From a virus (lineage: Duplodnaviria; Caudoviricetes): a DNA stretch of 41,393 nt. The translations under genes and the position numbers were made by a program. Under the pieces are notes generated by a model. It was not told where the DNA came from, searched no databases, and worked only from the letters and a program-made list of their open reading frames with translations. The stretch is taken from positions 1 to 41,393 of the IMG/VR virus record IMGVR_UViG_3300005996_000032; one strand, given 5' to 3'. Of this stretch, positions 27,560 through 36,172 are shown piece after piece; within the stretch, counting starts at the first letter, position 1, and every line of letters starts with the position of its first letter.

Positions 27560-27760
27560 TTACCTTGGTACGTTGGTGCCCGCGCTGGACCGTCCGGTCG
27601 CTGCCGAAGGGGCACTGCGCCTCACGCGGAGACGGCCTCGGCCACGGCGGCGGCTCTCGGGCTGCTCATTGGTTCCGTAGACAGGGGGTCGCTGTGATGC
27701 GGGGGCTGGTGCTGGCGCGGGGGCCTTGTTCTCAATTTTGGGTGGGCTAGGTGGGCACAC
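27560..27760 (-). CDS. small virion protein (gp6.7-like); GTG start
   Basis: MCPPSPPKI...PAPAPAP...RRRGRGRLRV pattern; AAGGAG SD; precedes portal. Confidence 0.65.
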   Translation of the reverse strand: MCPPSPPKIENKAPAPAPAPASQRPPVYGTNEQPESRRRGRGRLRVRRSAPSAATGRSSAGTNVPR

Positions 27761-27761
27761 T

Positions 27762-27968
27762 CTATCGTTCTCCTTTGCGTTCTTGTCGTCGCTTGAGGGA
27801 CTTGAGGTGGTCCACGACACGTCGGGAGCCAAGGCGAAGAAGCATCTCCCTCTCATTGGCCATGTCCTCATTGGGCAGGGCATTGGGGAATTTCTCTTCG
27901 AGGTAGTCGATCATGAAGTCGTCAACCTCGGGTGCTCGGTCGCTCTTTATCTTCACTCGCGTAGTCAT
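27762..27968 (-). CDS. conserved small protein (gp6.5-like position)
   Basis: DYLEEKFPNALP...GSRRVVDHLK; first gene after the late promoter. Confidence 0.7.
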   Translation of the reverse strand: MTTRVKIKSDRAPEVDDFMIDYLEEKFPNALPNEDMANEREMLLRLGSRRVVDHLKSLKRRQERKGER

Positions 27969-27983
27969 CGAGTAAGACCGGGG

Positions 27984-28008
27984 GCTCTATTAAGTGGTGA
28001 GTAATTCA
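27984..28008 (-). promoter_or_regulatory. phage RNAP late promoter
   Basis: Minus strand GAATTACTCACCACTTAATAGAG; core at 27993-28006; upstream of the structural operon. Confidence 0.85.
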
Positions 28009-28371
28009 TCCGCGTGTCAGCCTCTTCTCCTCTCGGATGGCGAACCACTTGATCTTGCGGATGTCGTAGAGGGGGTCGTTGCCCTCCTTCTCGCCCAGGC
28101 GGAAGCACGCCTTGAAGATGTTGCCGACCGCGAAGTTCATGTTCTTCGCCTCGATCAGGTCCTGTAGCTCGGTCGCGTCGGGTGGAAGCTGGTAGTAGTC
28201 GGTCGAGCCTCCATCGGACTTGATGGGTTCGATCTCGTCTAGGATCAGGAGGTCGGCCTTGGAGCCGGTAACGTCCCTCGCCACCTCCACTTTGTTTTCA
28301 CATGATGTCGGGCATTCCCCCCGTGCCAGTAGGCAGTTGCAGGGGGAATAGTCCCTCAAGTCGGCTCCCAA
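28006..28371 (-). CDS. DUF3310-like (gp1.7-related) protein; start uncertain
   Basis: DGGSTDYYQLP...MNFAVGNIFKACFRLGEK...YDIRKIKWF. Confidence 0.7.
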   Translation of the reverse strand: MGADLRDYSPCNCLLARGECPTSCENKVEVARDVTGSKADLLILDEIEPIKSDGGSTDYYQLPPDATELQDLIEAKNMNFAVGNIFKACFRLGEKEGNDPLYDIRKIKWFAIREEKRLTRG

Positions 28372-29207
28372 AGTTTCACTTCTCCTTTCTTGAAGTCGTA
28401 GTTCTCGAATTGCAGGATGTAGGCGAGCCGCGCCTGGAGGATCGCGTCTTCCTCGGTGAGGTCGTTGCGCTCGTAGTGGCTCACGATGGCATCCCAGTAG
28501 GTGTCCATCGGGGTCTTCTTCCAGCGGGTCTCGGTCTTGCCCTTGCGCGGGCCTCTCTTGAAGGTGTGCTCGTAGGGCTCAATTCCCACGGGCTCCTCAC
28601 CGCCCAGGAGTTCCTGCGCGCCCTGCATCCCGATGCCGGGGCAACCGGGGAAGTTGTCCACCACGTCGCCCGCCAGGGCTTGACAGTAGAAGTGAAGCTC
28701 GGCCTCGTCGGGAGAGACCTTGAGAAGCTCGTCGGACTTCGGGAAGAATACCTCGCCGGGGATCGTCTGGAGGTCCTTGTCCTCGGTGATGATGACCTGC
28801 CGCCACTTCTTCCACTTCGGGTGGGTGGCGGAAATGCCAATCACGTCGTCGGCCTCCAGGTTCTCGATTGCCTTCCCGTCCATGTTCTCGACGGCCCACC
28901 TGCGGAGCCAGCGGAGGATGATCGGTCGGCCAGAGGCGGGGCGGTTCCCCTTGTAGTCGGGGTAGATGTCGTGCCGGAAGGTGGTGGAAGAGTTGGACAC
29001 GGCGAAGAGAACCTCATCGGCGTCGAACTCCTCCACCATCCTTTCGACGTACTTCTCGACGGCTTCACACGCTGCCGCGCGATCCGCCCAGACGGTGGAG
29101 ATGTCATGTGGCTCGGGCCAGTCGATCACCTCCTCTACCGCTGCGGCGGCGGCGAACACGATGTGGTCACCGTCGATCAGTAGCCGAGTGCGCTTGCGCT
29201 TAGCCAT
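28356..29207 (-). CDS. 5'-3' exonuclease (gp6-like)
   Basis: LLIDGDHIVF, FRHDIYPDYKGNR, LEADDVIG, EDKDLQTIPG, GDVVDNFPGCPGIG. Confidence 0.95.
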   Translation of the reverse strand: MAKRKRTRLLIDGDHIVFAAAAAVEEVIDWPEPHDISTVWADRAAACEAVEKYVERMVEEFDADEVLFAVSNSSTTFRHDIYPDYKGNRPASGRPIILRWLRRWAVENMDGKAIENLEADDVIGISATHPKWKKWRQVIITEDKDLQTIPGEVFFPKSDELLKVSPDEAELHFYCQALAGDVVDNFPGCPGIGMQGAQELLGGEEPVGIEPYEHTFKRGPRKGKTETRWKKTPMDTYWDAIVSHYERNDLTEEDAILQARLAYILQFENYDFKKGEVKLWEPT

Positions 29208-29448
29208 GAAGTGCGTCGGCACCGTCCAGGATACGCTCGGTGAGGGTCTCGTTCACGGCGGCGTGGTCGGGATAGAAGAGGGTGCCCTCCTCCGTCTGGA
29301 CCGTCCACTGGGCGGCACGGTTCACGAAGAACTCGGCCCAGCCGAAGGTGTTTCGGGCGGCGACGAGGATGAGACCGGCGAGCCACAGCGGGATCGCGGT
29401 GAGGAAGGTCACGAGTGCGCGGGTGCGTACAGCGTTTCGAGTGCTCAT
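29200..29448 (-). CDS. small membrane protein
   Basis: ATG at 29448 with AAGGA SD; one TM segment. Confidence 0.6.
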   Translation of the reverse strand: MSTRNAVRTRALVTFLTAIPLWLAGLILVAARNTFGWAEFFVNRAAQWTVQTEEGTLFYPDHAAVNETLTERILDGADALHG

Positions 29449-29774
29449 ATGGTGTTTCCTTTCCAGGTTGTTACACGGTGGATACGAGACAGGACGTAGG
29501 AGACGCTCTGGGCGCTGGTGTCGAACCATTCGCCTTCGAGCCGCCTGTCGTCCAGGACCTCGTGGATGATCCGCTCGACCTCGTGGTAGCCACGAATGAA
29601 GAAGCGGATGTCTTGAAATGCGAAAGACCTGTAGGGGTCTAGGATGTTGAACTCCTGTAGTCTTTTCAGGGGGTTTTTGGACGAGCCGACCTTGCATAGA
29701 CCTGGGTAGGCCCTGGAGGTCAGGACGTAGACGAAGCCGGGGGAGCTAGTGCGTTTCCGCCCAGTTAAGTCCAA
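29445..29774 (-). CDS. T5orf172/GIY-YIG-like domain protein; start uncertain (TTG 29774)
   Basis: GFVYVL...LCKVGSSKNPLKRLQEFN...VERIIH...GEWF. Confidence 0.75.
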   Translation of the reverse strand: MDLTGRKRTSSPGFVYVLTSRAYPGLCKVGSSKNPLKRLQEFNILDPYRSFAFQDIRFFIRGYHEVERIIHEVLDDRRLEGEWFDTSAQSVSYVLSRIHRVTTWKGNTI

Positions 29775-31878
29775 TGTCCGCGCTACCGCTAAGGGGGCAG
29801 CGGAAATCGTAGAAGCGTCCTGCTTCCGCGATTGACCACTCGGCGGCTTTGGCAACTGTGTCAGCGATCTCCTCTTTAACTTCGATCTGGAACTCGTCGT
29901 GGATGTTGGCTACGAACTCGTAGTGTTCGCCGGGGACAAAGCCCTGCTCCTGTAGGTGCTTGTCCAGGATCACCAGGGCGCGCTTCATGAACACCGAACC
30001 AGCCCCCTGGAGGAGGCTGTTGAGTGCTGCGTGGAGGTTGCGGATCGGAATGCGGCGACCGTCAGGTCCCTTGATCCAGCCCCTCTGCTTGCCCCGCTTC
30101 TGTACGCTGTCGATCAGCTTGGCGAGCGCCGGGAGCTTCTTGAGGAACCGCTTCTGCGTCTCCTCGCCCTTCTTGATGATGGCGTTCTTGCTGCCCGTGG
30201 CACCGGCGTTGACACCGAGGGTGAAGAACCATGCGCCGTAGATGAAGGCATAGAACCAAGTCTTTGCTGCATCTCGGATAATCCCCAGCGCCGTAGCGTT
30301 CTGGGAGTGCATGTCTGTGCCCTGCTTCTTGTCCCCGTTGAGGACCGTCTCGATGTAGGCACCGTTGTCCCAGCGGGCCATGTAGCCAGCCAGACAGCGA
30401 AGCTCCAGGGCGTCAGCATCACAACCGACGATCCGGCGTCCCTTGGGAGCCGTGAAGAGTTCGCGGCATTCCTTCCCGTAGGGGAGCTTCTCGCCGGTCC
30501 TCTTGTCGTAGATGCCGGGGACGTTCGCCACACCGTAGTGCGTCATGCGGCCCGTAACGGCCCCATTGGTGTTGGCCCCTGCGGGGAGCCGACCATCGGA
30601 GCGCATGTTCTTGAGCCACGCCTTGTTGCCCTCGGAGACTTGGCCGAGGCGCTTCTGGACGGTGTAGTATTCCGCCACCAGCTTGGCTTCCGGCCAGGGG
30701 AGCTTCTCCAGGACCTCTTCCGAGACCTTGGGTGCGCCCCCATCGGTAAGCTCAACGGGCTTCCAGTTGCGGTAGGTGGTGAGCCGGTCGGCCACCTCGT
30801 CCCTGCTGCCGGGGTTGAAGGGGGCCAGCTTGACCTTGGTGTATTGGCCGTGGGTGATGCGGGTGGGGTTGCCGTCCGCGTCCTTGACCGTACCGATGAT
30901 CTCCTCGCCGCCCGTGTAGTGGCACTTAGGTGGGCCGACGTAGGGCTTGAGTTCCTTGCCGGTCTTCTCGGAGAAGCGCCGCACGGTGATGTCGGGGAAG
31001 TCCGTCATCTTGACGGAGCGGGACTTCTTTGGACGCTCGCGGCCCTTCTTACGGAACCACGGGGGGAACACCTCCTGTAGCTCCTCCTCGATCTCGGCCC
31101 TGCGGCCTACAAGGTGGGCAACCAGTGAACCGGCCTTCTCCTGGTCGATCAGGAAGCCGTGTTGCTCCTGCCTCCAGATGATCTCGGCAACGTCGTGCTC
31201 CATCTGAATGGCGTCCATCCCCGGCTTGGGGTGGAAGTCCAGGGGGTCGAGCCCCCACTTCTCGAACTCGGAACAGAGCTTTCTCCAGGTGGCCTCGGTG
31301 ACCTCCACGTCGGTGACGCAGTAGTCCTGCATCTCCTGGCTCCAGGTGCCCCAGACGTACTGGACAAGCTCGTCGCCCTTGAGGCCCTTGAGCTTTCCTT
31401 CGGCCTTCTTGGCGTTCCCATAGTCGCCCTTCCAGAGCCCCAGGCGGTAGCCCCAGGCTTCCAGGCTGTGGCGACCGTAGAACTGCTTCGGTATCCACTC
31501 GACGCCCTTCTTCCGCTTCTTCGCCTCGACCTTGTTGTCCGTCGCCCACATATCGGAGTAGGCGAGGTTGGACATGGTGAGGGTGTCGCGGACGTGGGCC
31601 TTCGGTTTGAACCAGGGGTAGACCTTCTGGAGCGCCGGGATGTCGAACCGGATGATGTTGTGGCCGATGATGAGGTCGGCCTCTTGGAGCTTTTTGACGC
31701 CAGCTTCGATACCGTTCTTGGTCCCGGCATGGATGGGCATGATGAGCCCGTCGTCTTCGTCGTCGTCGTGGTAGCTACCCACCTCCCCTGTGTCGGGGTC
31801 CTTGATGACAAGCGAGTGGACGACCGTCAGTTGGTCGAGGAGGCCGTCCGTTTCGATGTCGAAGATGAGTGTCTTGAT
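29746..31878 (-). CDS. family A DNA polymerase (T7 gp5-like); proposed ATC start at 31878
   Basis: Exo I IFDIETDGL (upstream of the ORF-track GTG), GHNIIRFDIP, DADALELR, KTWFYAFIYGA, NIHDEFQ. Confidence 0.96.
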   Translation of the reverse strand: MKTLIFDIETDGLLDQLTVVHSLVIKDPDTGEVGSYHDDDEDDGLIMPIHAGTKNGIEAGVKKLQEADLIIGHNIIRFDIPALQKVYPWFKPKAHVRDTLTMSNLAYSDMWATDNKVEAKKRKKGVEWIPKQFYGRHSLEAWGYRLGLWKGDYGNAKKAEGKLKGLKGDELVQYVWGTWSQEMQDYCVTDVEVTEATWRKLCSEFEKWGLDPLDFHPKPGMDAIQMEHDVAEIIWRQEQHGFLIDQEKAGSLVAHLVGRRAEIEEELQEVFPPWFRKKGRERPKKSRSVKMTDFPDITVRRFSEKTGKELKPYVGPPKCHYTGGEEIIGTVKDADGNPTRITHGQYTKVKLAPFNPGSRDEVADRLTTYRNWKPVELTDGGAPKVSEEVLEKLPWPEAKLVAEYYTVQKRLGQVSEGNKAWLKNMRSDGRLPAGANTNGAVTGRMTHYGVANVPGIYDKRTGEKLPYGKECRELFTAPKGRRIVGCDADALELRCLAGYMARWDNGAYIETVLNGDKKQGTDMHSQNATALGIIRDAAKTWFYAFIYGAWFFTLGVNAGATGSKNAIIKKGEETQKRFLKKLPALAKLIDSVQKRGKQRGWIKGPDGRRIPIRNLHAALNSLLQGAGSVFMKRALVILDKHLQEQGFVPGEHYEFVANIHDEFQIEVKEEIADTVAKAAEWSIAEAGRFYDFRCPLSGSADIGLNWAETH

Positions 31879-32021
31879 TGGCAGACCTCATAGATAGCGA
31901 GGACCACCTCCTTCCACCGTGAGGCGTCCAGGGTGATCGTCGCGAGTTTCGTTTTGAGGATCAGATTGCCTCCGTCAGTGGAGACGTTTAGATAGCCCTC
32001 GTCGGGGTGGATTACTGGCAT
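31827..32021 (-). CDS. hypothetical protein overlapping the DNA polymerase start
   Basis: 64-aa ORF coupled to the upstream gene; last ~50 nt overlap the polymerase 5' end. Confidence 0.5.
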   Translation of the reverse strand: MPVIHPDEGYLNVSTDGGNLILKTKLATITLDASRWKEVVLAIYEVCQSRHSSSTSKRTASSTN

Positions 32022-32521
32022 TCAGGGACGTACTCCGTCACAAGGTCTCCCTTGAGCACCAGCCACTTGTCCGTCAGCCCGCCGTTGGAGCGGATCATGC
32101 TGCGAATGTGGACGGGGTACTCGGAGAGAAGTGCGTTGGTGCCGCTGTCGCGGTATTCGACAACGCCGTCCATTGGCTCGCGGAACGGCGCATGGAACCA
32201 GAACTCTGCGCCCTCTCGGGCACATACGCGGTCCAGGTCGAGGAACAGGGTGCAAGCGGACATGCAGGAACCGTGGAACTCCACCTTGGTCCCAGCCTGT
32301 CGCCACTTCTCGCGGGTCTGGATGAACTCCTGTACGAGACCGCCGCCGTTGTCCTTGATGATTACGCGGTCGGGCGGTGGCGCGGGGTTTGCATTGCTCT
32401 CGGGCATCGTCCCCGCTGCGATAGCTGCGACCATCCCGGCTGCTGCTAGAAAGCCAGCGATGGGCCAGACAGCATCAAAACGGGATTTCATCGGCGTCAT
32501 CGTCAATAGGATCGAAGCCAT
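32012..32521 (-). CDS. membrane-anchored ClpP/crotonase-like fold protein
   Basis: N-terminal hydrophobic segment; IKDNGGG, GSCMSACT (Ser), FWFHAP (His). Start uncertain. Confidence 0.6.
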   Translation of the reverse strand: MASILLTMTPMKSRFDAVWPIAGFLAAAGMVAAIAAGTMPESNANPAPPPDRVIIKDNGGGLVQEFIQTREKWRQAGTKVEFHGSCMSACTLFLDLDRVCAREGAEFWFHAPFREPMDGVVEYRDSGTNALLSEYPVHIRSMIRSNGGLTDKWLVLKGDLVTEYVPECQ

Positions 32522-34169
32522 GATCGTTCTCCTTCTGGTTGGGGTCGTAGTCGGGCTTCTCAAAGAGCCGCCCGGTGGCGGGATCGAAGCCCATGTAGAT
32601 GACCTCGCCAGTGGCTTGGCCGGTGTAGCGGTCCTTGAGGACGCGGAAGGTTGTCGTCTTGCTCTCCTCCTCATCCTCGGCGTGTTGGTCACGCTCCAGG
32701 CCGAACATGAAGAACGACCAGAAGCCGATGGACCGGGAGCCCTTGAAGTGCCGGATCATTACGCGGCCTCCTTCCTCGTGGGGCTTGCCCTCGGGTGTCG
32801 TGAGGTGGCTGACGAAGTGGATGATGATGTCGAGTTCCTGGGCTAACCCCGCCATCTCCTTCATGATCTGCTCAATGCTCTCCCGCTCGTTGGCCGTGTC
32901 GGCCATCGCGGTGAGGTGGTCGAGGTAGAAGATGCGGATGCCCTGGGTTGCGGCCATGAAGCGGATATGCCCCTTCACGATCTCCCAGTCGGTCTGACCG
33001 AAGTTGTCGTAGAAGGTGACCTTTCCCTTGAGCCCCTCACAGGCGTCGAGAAGCTCCTCCTTCGTCCAGAGGGGGTCGCCCTCCTTCGGGTTGGGAACGT
33101 GGAACATCTTACCGGCCATCTTCCCGGCGACACGCTTGGCGGTCTCGACGGGCTTCTGCTCCAGGTAGATCGCGCCAACGTGGTGGCCCTGTTCTATGTC
33201 GAACATCATCTGCTGCGTCATAAGGTCGGTCTTGCCGATCCCCGTGCCCGCGCCGATGGCGTAGACCTCTCCCCAGCGCCGACCGTAGGTCAGGTTGGTG
33301 AGCGTCTGGAGGAACCAGGGTATGCCCCACTCGACCGGCTTGGTGACCTCGGACATGATGTCGTCAATGGACACGAGACCGTCTGGGCGCTGCTCCTTGG
33401 CTCCCCAGATGGCGTCGATGATGCCCTTGGAGTTCCCCGCCATGAGCATCTCGTTGGGGTCCTTCTCGGGAAGAGAGGCCACCTTGAGCTTGCCCGGTGT
33501 GAGGGGCAGAGAGAGGCAGTCCTGGACCGCCGCTTGGCCGCTGTCGTCCATGTCGAACATGAGGATCACTTCCTCGAACCGTTCGAGCCAGTCGATATGG
33601 GCCATCAAGGCTTTCTTCGCGCCATCGTCGCCGTTCGGGACCGAGACCACGGGCCACTTGTGCCCTTGCGCCTGGGATACAGACATGGCGTCCATCTCGC
33701 CTGTCACCACGACCAGCTTCTTGCCGCTGTCGCGCCATAGGTGCTGGCCAAAGAGCGGCTTGGAACGCTTGCCGGGGCCGACAAACCGCATGTCCCTCTT
33801 GGAACGCGGCCTGATCTTCTGGGCGATGATCTGTTTGGTGTCGGGGTCGCGGTAGTTGAAGACGCGGACTGTCTCGCCTTTGAACTCGGAGCGGGTGAAG
33901 CCCCACTTCTTGGCGGTCTCCTCGGTGATCTTCCGGCTGCGCCAGCCCGAGGTCTCCCCTATAGGGATGAGCTTGTCGCTCTTTTTCTGGGACTTGGCGT
34001 CCTGGGTAGTCTGTTCGATTGTCTCGCCGTCTCCCTTCTCGTAATACTCGCAGCCCATGCCGAAGCAGTAGGCGTGGCCGTCCGAGTAGCGGGCTAGGTT
34101 GTCCCTAGACCCGCACCCTGGACATGGTTCTTTCCCGACGAACTCACTGTCGTCTTCGGGGGTGTGCAT
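32475..34169 (-). CDS. primase-helicase (gp4-like)
   Basis: Zn finger CPGCGSRD...CFGMGC; TOPRIM GEMDAMS and MFDMDDSG; Walker A AGTGIGKT; YLDHL; FKGSRSIG; VLKDRYTG. Confidence 0.97.
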   Translation of the reverse strand: MHTPEDDSEFVGKEPCPGCGSRDNLARYSDGHAYCFGMGCEYYEKGDGETIEQTTQDAKSQKKSDKLIPIGETSGWRSRKITEETAKKWGFTRSEFKGETVRVFNYRDPDTKQIIAQKIRPRSKRDMRFVGPGKRSKPLFGQHLWRDSGKKLVVVTGEMDAMSVSQAQGHKWPVVSVPNGDDGAKKALMAHIDWLERFEEVILMFDMDDSGQAAVQDCLSLPLTPGKLKVASLPEKDPNEMLMAGNSKGIIDAIWGAKEQRPDGLVSIDDIMSEVTKPVEWGIPWFLQTLTNLTYGRRWGEVYAIGAGTGIGKTDLMTQQMMFDIEQGHHVGAIYLEQKPVETAKRVAGKMAGKMFHVPNPKEGDPLWTKEELLDACEGLKGKVTFYDNFGQTDWEIVKGHIRFMAATQGIRIFYLDHLTAMADTANERESIEQIMKEMAGLAQELDIIIHFVSHLTTPEGKPHEEGGRVMIRHFKGSRSIGFWSFFMFGLERDQHAEDEEESKTTTFRVLKDRYTGQATGEVIYMGFDPATGRLFEKPDYDPNQKENDHGFDPIDDDADEIPF

Positions 34170-34378
34170 TAGGCTTCGAGGAGGTCCTCGATCTTGCGCG
34201 CAACGCGGTCGGCGCGCGCCGCCTCTTCGATAGCGTTACCGCTTTCCTTGGTGAGGGCGTTGGCCTCCTCGGCCAGGGCGTCGGCGCGGTAGCTCTGGGC
34301 GTCGGAATGCGCGCGGAGCTTGGTGGCCATCTTCTTGAGGCCCTTGGTGATTTTCTCGACGGAATTGTTGTCAAACAT
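34169..34378 (-). CDS. small coiled-coil protein (gp4.3-like pattern)
   Basis: MFDNNSVEKITKGL...ARADRVARKIEDLL; AAGGAG SD. Confidence 0.7.
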   Translation of the reverse strand: MFDNNSVEKITKGLKKMATKLRAHSDAQSYRADALAEEANALTKESGNAIEEAARADRVARKIEDLLEA

Positions 34379-34410
34379 GAATGGTGTCTCCTTGAGTGTA
34401 ACGGTTGGGA

Positions 34411-34830
34411 TCAAGCGGCAAGCTGGTAGCGGACGTAACGCTGGCCGGTGGCGTCCTTCTTGAACTGCGAGGCGATGGGCCAGCCGTTCTCCTTGAGGTC
34501 GCGGATGCGGCGCGGAAGGGCACGGCACTTGTAGAGATCGTTGGCCTCGCGACCGGAGATCGTGCCGACCGACTGGAGGTGGGCCAGGATGTCCCGCGTC
34601 ATGGGTGCCGTGGGGTTCGTCGGGATGACCTCCACTTCCTTGGTCTCGAAAGGCAGCGGTATGTCATCGCCGTCCAGGACCACGAGGACCGGATACGGGT
34701 CTCCGCTGTCCACGCTATCGACAATCCCCTGCTTGCCAACAAGGTTCTCGGCGTTGGGGCCGAGGGATGCGGCGAGCTTGTCCTCAATGATGCGGACGCG
34801 GTTGCCGGGGATGATGTCAGTCTTTGCCAT
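34411..34830 (-). CDS. SH3/KOW-like plus winged-HTH protein
   Basis: C-terminal ILAHLQSVGTISGREA...LPRRIRDLKENGWPI...RYVRYQL. Confidence 0.7.
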   Translation of the reverse strand: MAKTDIIPGNRVRIIEDKLAASLGPNAENLVGKQGIVDSVDSGDPYPVLVVLDGDDIPLPFETKEVEVIPTNPTAPMTRDILAHLQSVGTISGREANDLYKCRALPRRIRDLKENGWPIASQFKKDATGQRYVRYQLAA

Positions 34831-35311
34831 TGCGCTTTTTCCTCTTTGGCTTGGTCTTCGGGGTGGGTGGGTTCCAGTCCAGGAGGTCCATCGTGGCGTT
34901 CACCACGTCTGGGTGTAGCTCCTCCTGGAGCCATGCCGTTGGGATCGTCTTTGCTGCGTACTCGAACTGGTTTTTCTCACACCACTTCGCGTAGGTCGTC
35001 TTGCTCTGCTTGCTGATCCGATTGCGCGGATTGGAGAAGACGAAACGGATGTCGAGGAGCGGGTACTGGCTCGCAATCATGAGGTGCTTCTGGCGGTCAG
35101 CCGTGACGAAGCGCCCCTTGGTCTCGACAATGATCCCATTGGGCAAAATGAAGTCGGGAGTGTAGCTCCTGACCTTGGCGGGTTGTTCGTAGGAGAGCTT
35201 GTGCTCCTCGAACGTGAAGGGGATGCTCTGGGCCGACAGGTCCCCAGCGACACTCTTTTCGAGGCCGCTGCGGAACCCGTATTTCAGCCCTACGGACTTA
35301 CTTGAGGCCAC
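34817..35311 (-). CDS. endonuclease I / Holliday junction resolvase (gp3-like); GTG start
   Basis: GFRSGLE, YTPDFILPNGIIVETKGRF, LDIRFVFSN, SKTTYAKWC. Confidence 0.95.
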   Translation of the reverse strand: MASSKSVGLKYGFRSGLEKSVAGDLSAQSIPFTFEEHKLSYEQPAKVRSYTPDFILPNGIIVETKGRFVTADRQKHLMIASQYPLLDIRFVFSNPRNRISKQSKTTYAKWCEKNQFEYAAKTIPTAWLQEELHPDVVNATMDLLDWNPPTPKTKPKRKKRNGKD

Positions 35312-35313
35312 GA

Positions 35314-35976
35314 TCAGAAGTCGTCGTGACCCTCATCGTCCTCATCGTCGGCGTCGTCGTTGTCATCCATGTCGTCGGAGTGCGAACCGTCGTCGGTCCA
35401 GCCACCCTCAACGGCACCGAAGCCTGGGTCCTGATCGGCACCGTCGCCGCCAGCCAGTTCGACCACCTGGACGCCCTGGATGTAGAGCGTCACGCCAACC
35501 TTGCCGGTGGAGCCCATGTAGTAGGGCTTGACGTAGGTCTTCACGCGCAGCTTGGAGCCGCCAAAGACCAGCACGTCTGTCTTCTCGCCCTGGGCATCAA
35601 CGATGGGGAAGCGGCGCTTGCCCTTCTTGTTTGGGCCGCTCTTGAAACGGACGATGTAGTCGCCGGTCTCTTCGCCGTCCTCGTCCTCTTCCTCGGTCCA
35701 AGGGTAAGCCTTGTCGAGTTCGTCCAGAGCCTTCTTGAGCTTGCGCCCCTTGAGGCTCTCTTCGAGGTCGGCCTTGGTCTCCTCGTAGAAGGCGTCGATT
35801 GCCTCCTCGATCTTCTCCCGTCCGAACTCGTCAAGCTGGTCATCGTCCATGACGAGTTCCGTCTTGAAGTTCTTCTGGCCCTTGTATTCGTCGGGCTCGT
35901 TGAGGTGGTTCCACTTCGAGCGGCAGATGGGTGTGAAAAGGACGAGCATGTCATCGTCCTTCTTCTTCTTGGTCAA
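35314..35976 (-). CDS. ssb: single-stranded DNA-binding protein (gp2.5-like); TTG start
   Basis: GGSKLRV...GVTLYIQGVQVVEL; acidic tail ending in Phe. Confidence 0.9.
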   Translation of the reverse strand: MTKKKKDDDMLVLFTPICRSKWNHLNEPDEYKGQKNFKTELVMDDDQLDEFGREKIEEAIDAFYEETKADLEESLKGRKLKKALDELDKAYPWTEEEDEDGEETGDYIVRFKSGPNKKGKRRFPIVDAQGEKTDVLVFGGSKLRVKTYVKPYYMGSTGKVGVTLYIQGVQVVELAGGDGADQDPGFGAVEGGWTDDGSHSDDMDDNDDADDEDDEGHDDF

Positions 35977-36001
35977 TCGTTTCTCCTGTGTAGGTGTTTG
36001 G

Positions 36002-36172
36002 TCACATCTCGAAGATGTCGTAGAGGTGCTCGACGTTGTAGCCCTGGTCGATGAGAACCATCTCCAGGTCCACGGGGAGCGGGTAGCCCAGGTCCAGCGT
36101 TTGGAAGGCCAGGGCGTACTCGGGCGTCACAACCGAGATCATGATGCCCGTCTCGGGGCAGCGTTCGATCAT
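36002..36172 (-). CDS. small hypothetical protein (56 aa, not in ORF track)
   Basis: MIERCPETG...GYPLPVDLEMVLIDQGYNVEHL; ATGA overlap with the upstream gene. Confidence 0.6.
   Translation of the reverse strand: MIERCPETGIMISVVTPEYALAFQTLDLGYPLPVDLEMVLIDQGYNVEHLYDIFEM

Noticed and set aside
29445-29774. Intron-encoded homing endonuclease within the DNA polymerase
   Set aside because: The polymerase is uninterrupted through motif C and its stop; the T5orf172-like gene is free-standing downstream.
31882-31884. CTG as DNA polymerase start
   Set aside because: It directly abuts the GAGGT SD (0-nt spacer); ATC two codons later has proper spacing. Not fully excluded.
32519-32524. AAGGAG-AACG-ATC ATG as a fifth ATC start
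   Set aside because: An ATG follows immediately with better spacing, so ATC is not required.
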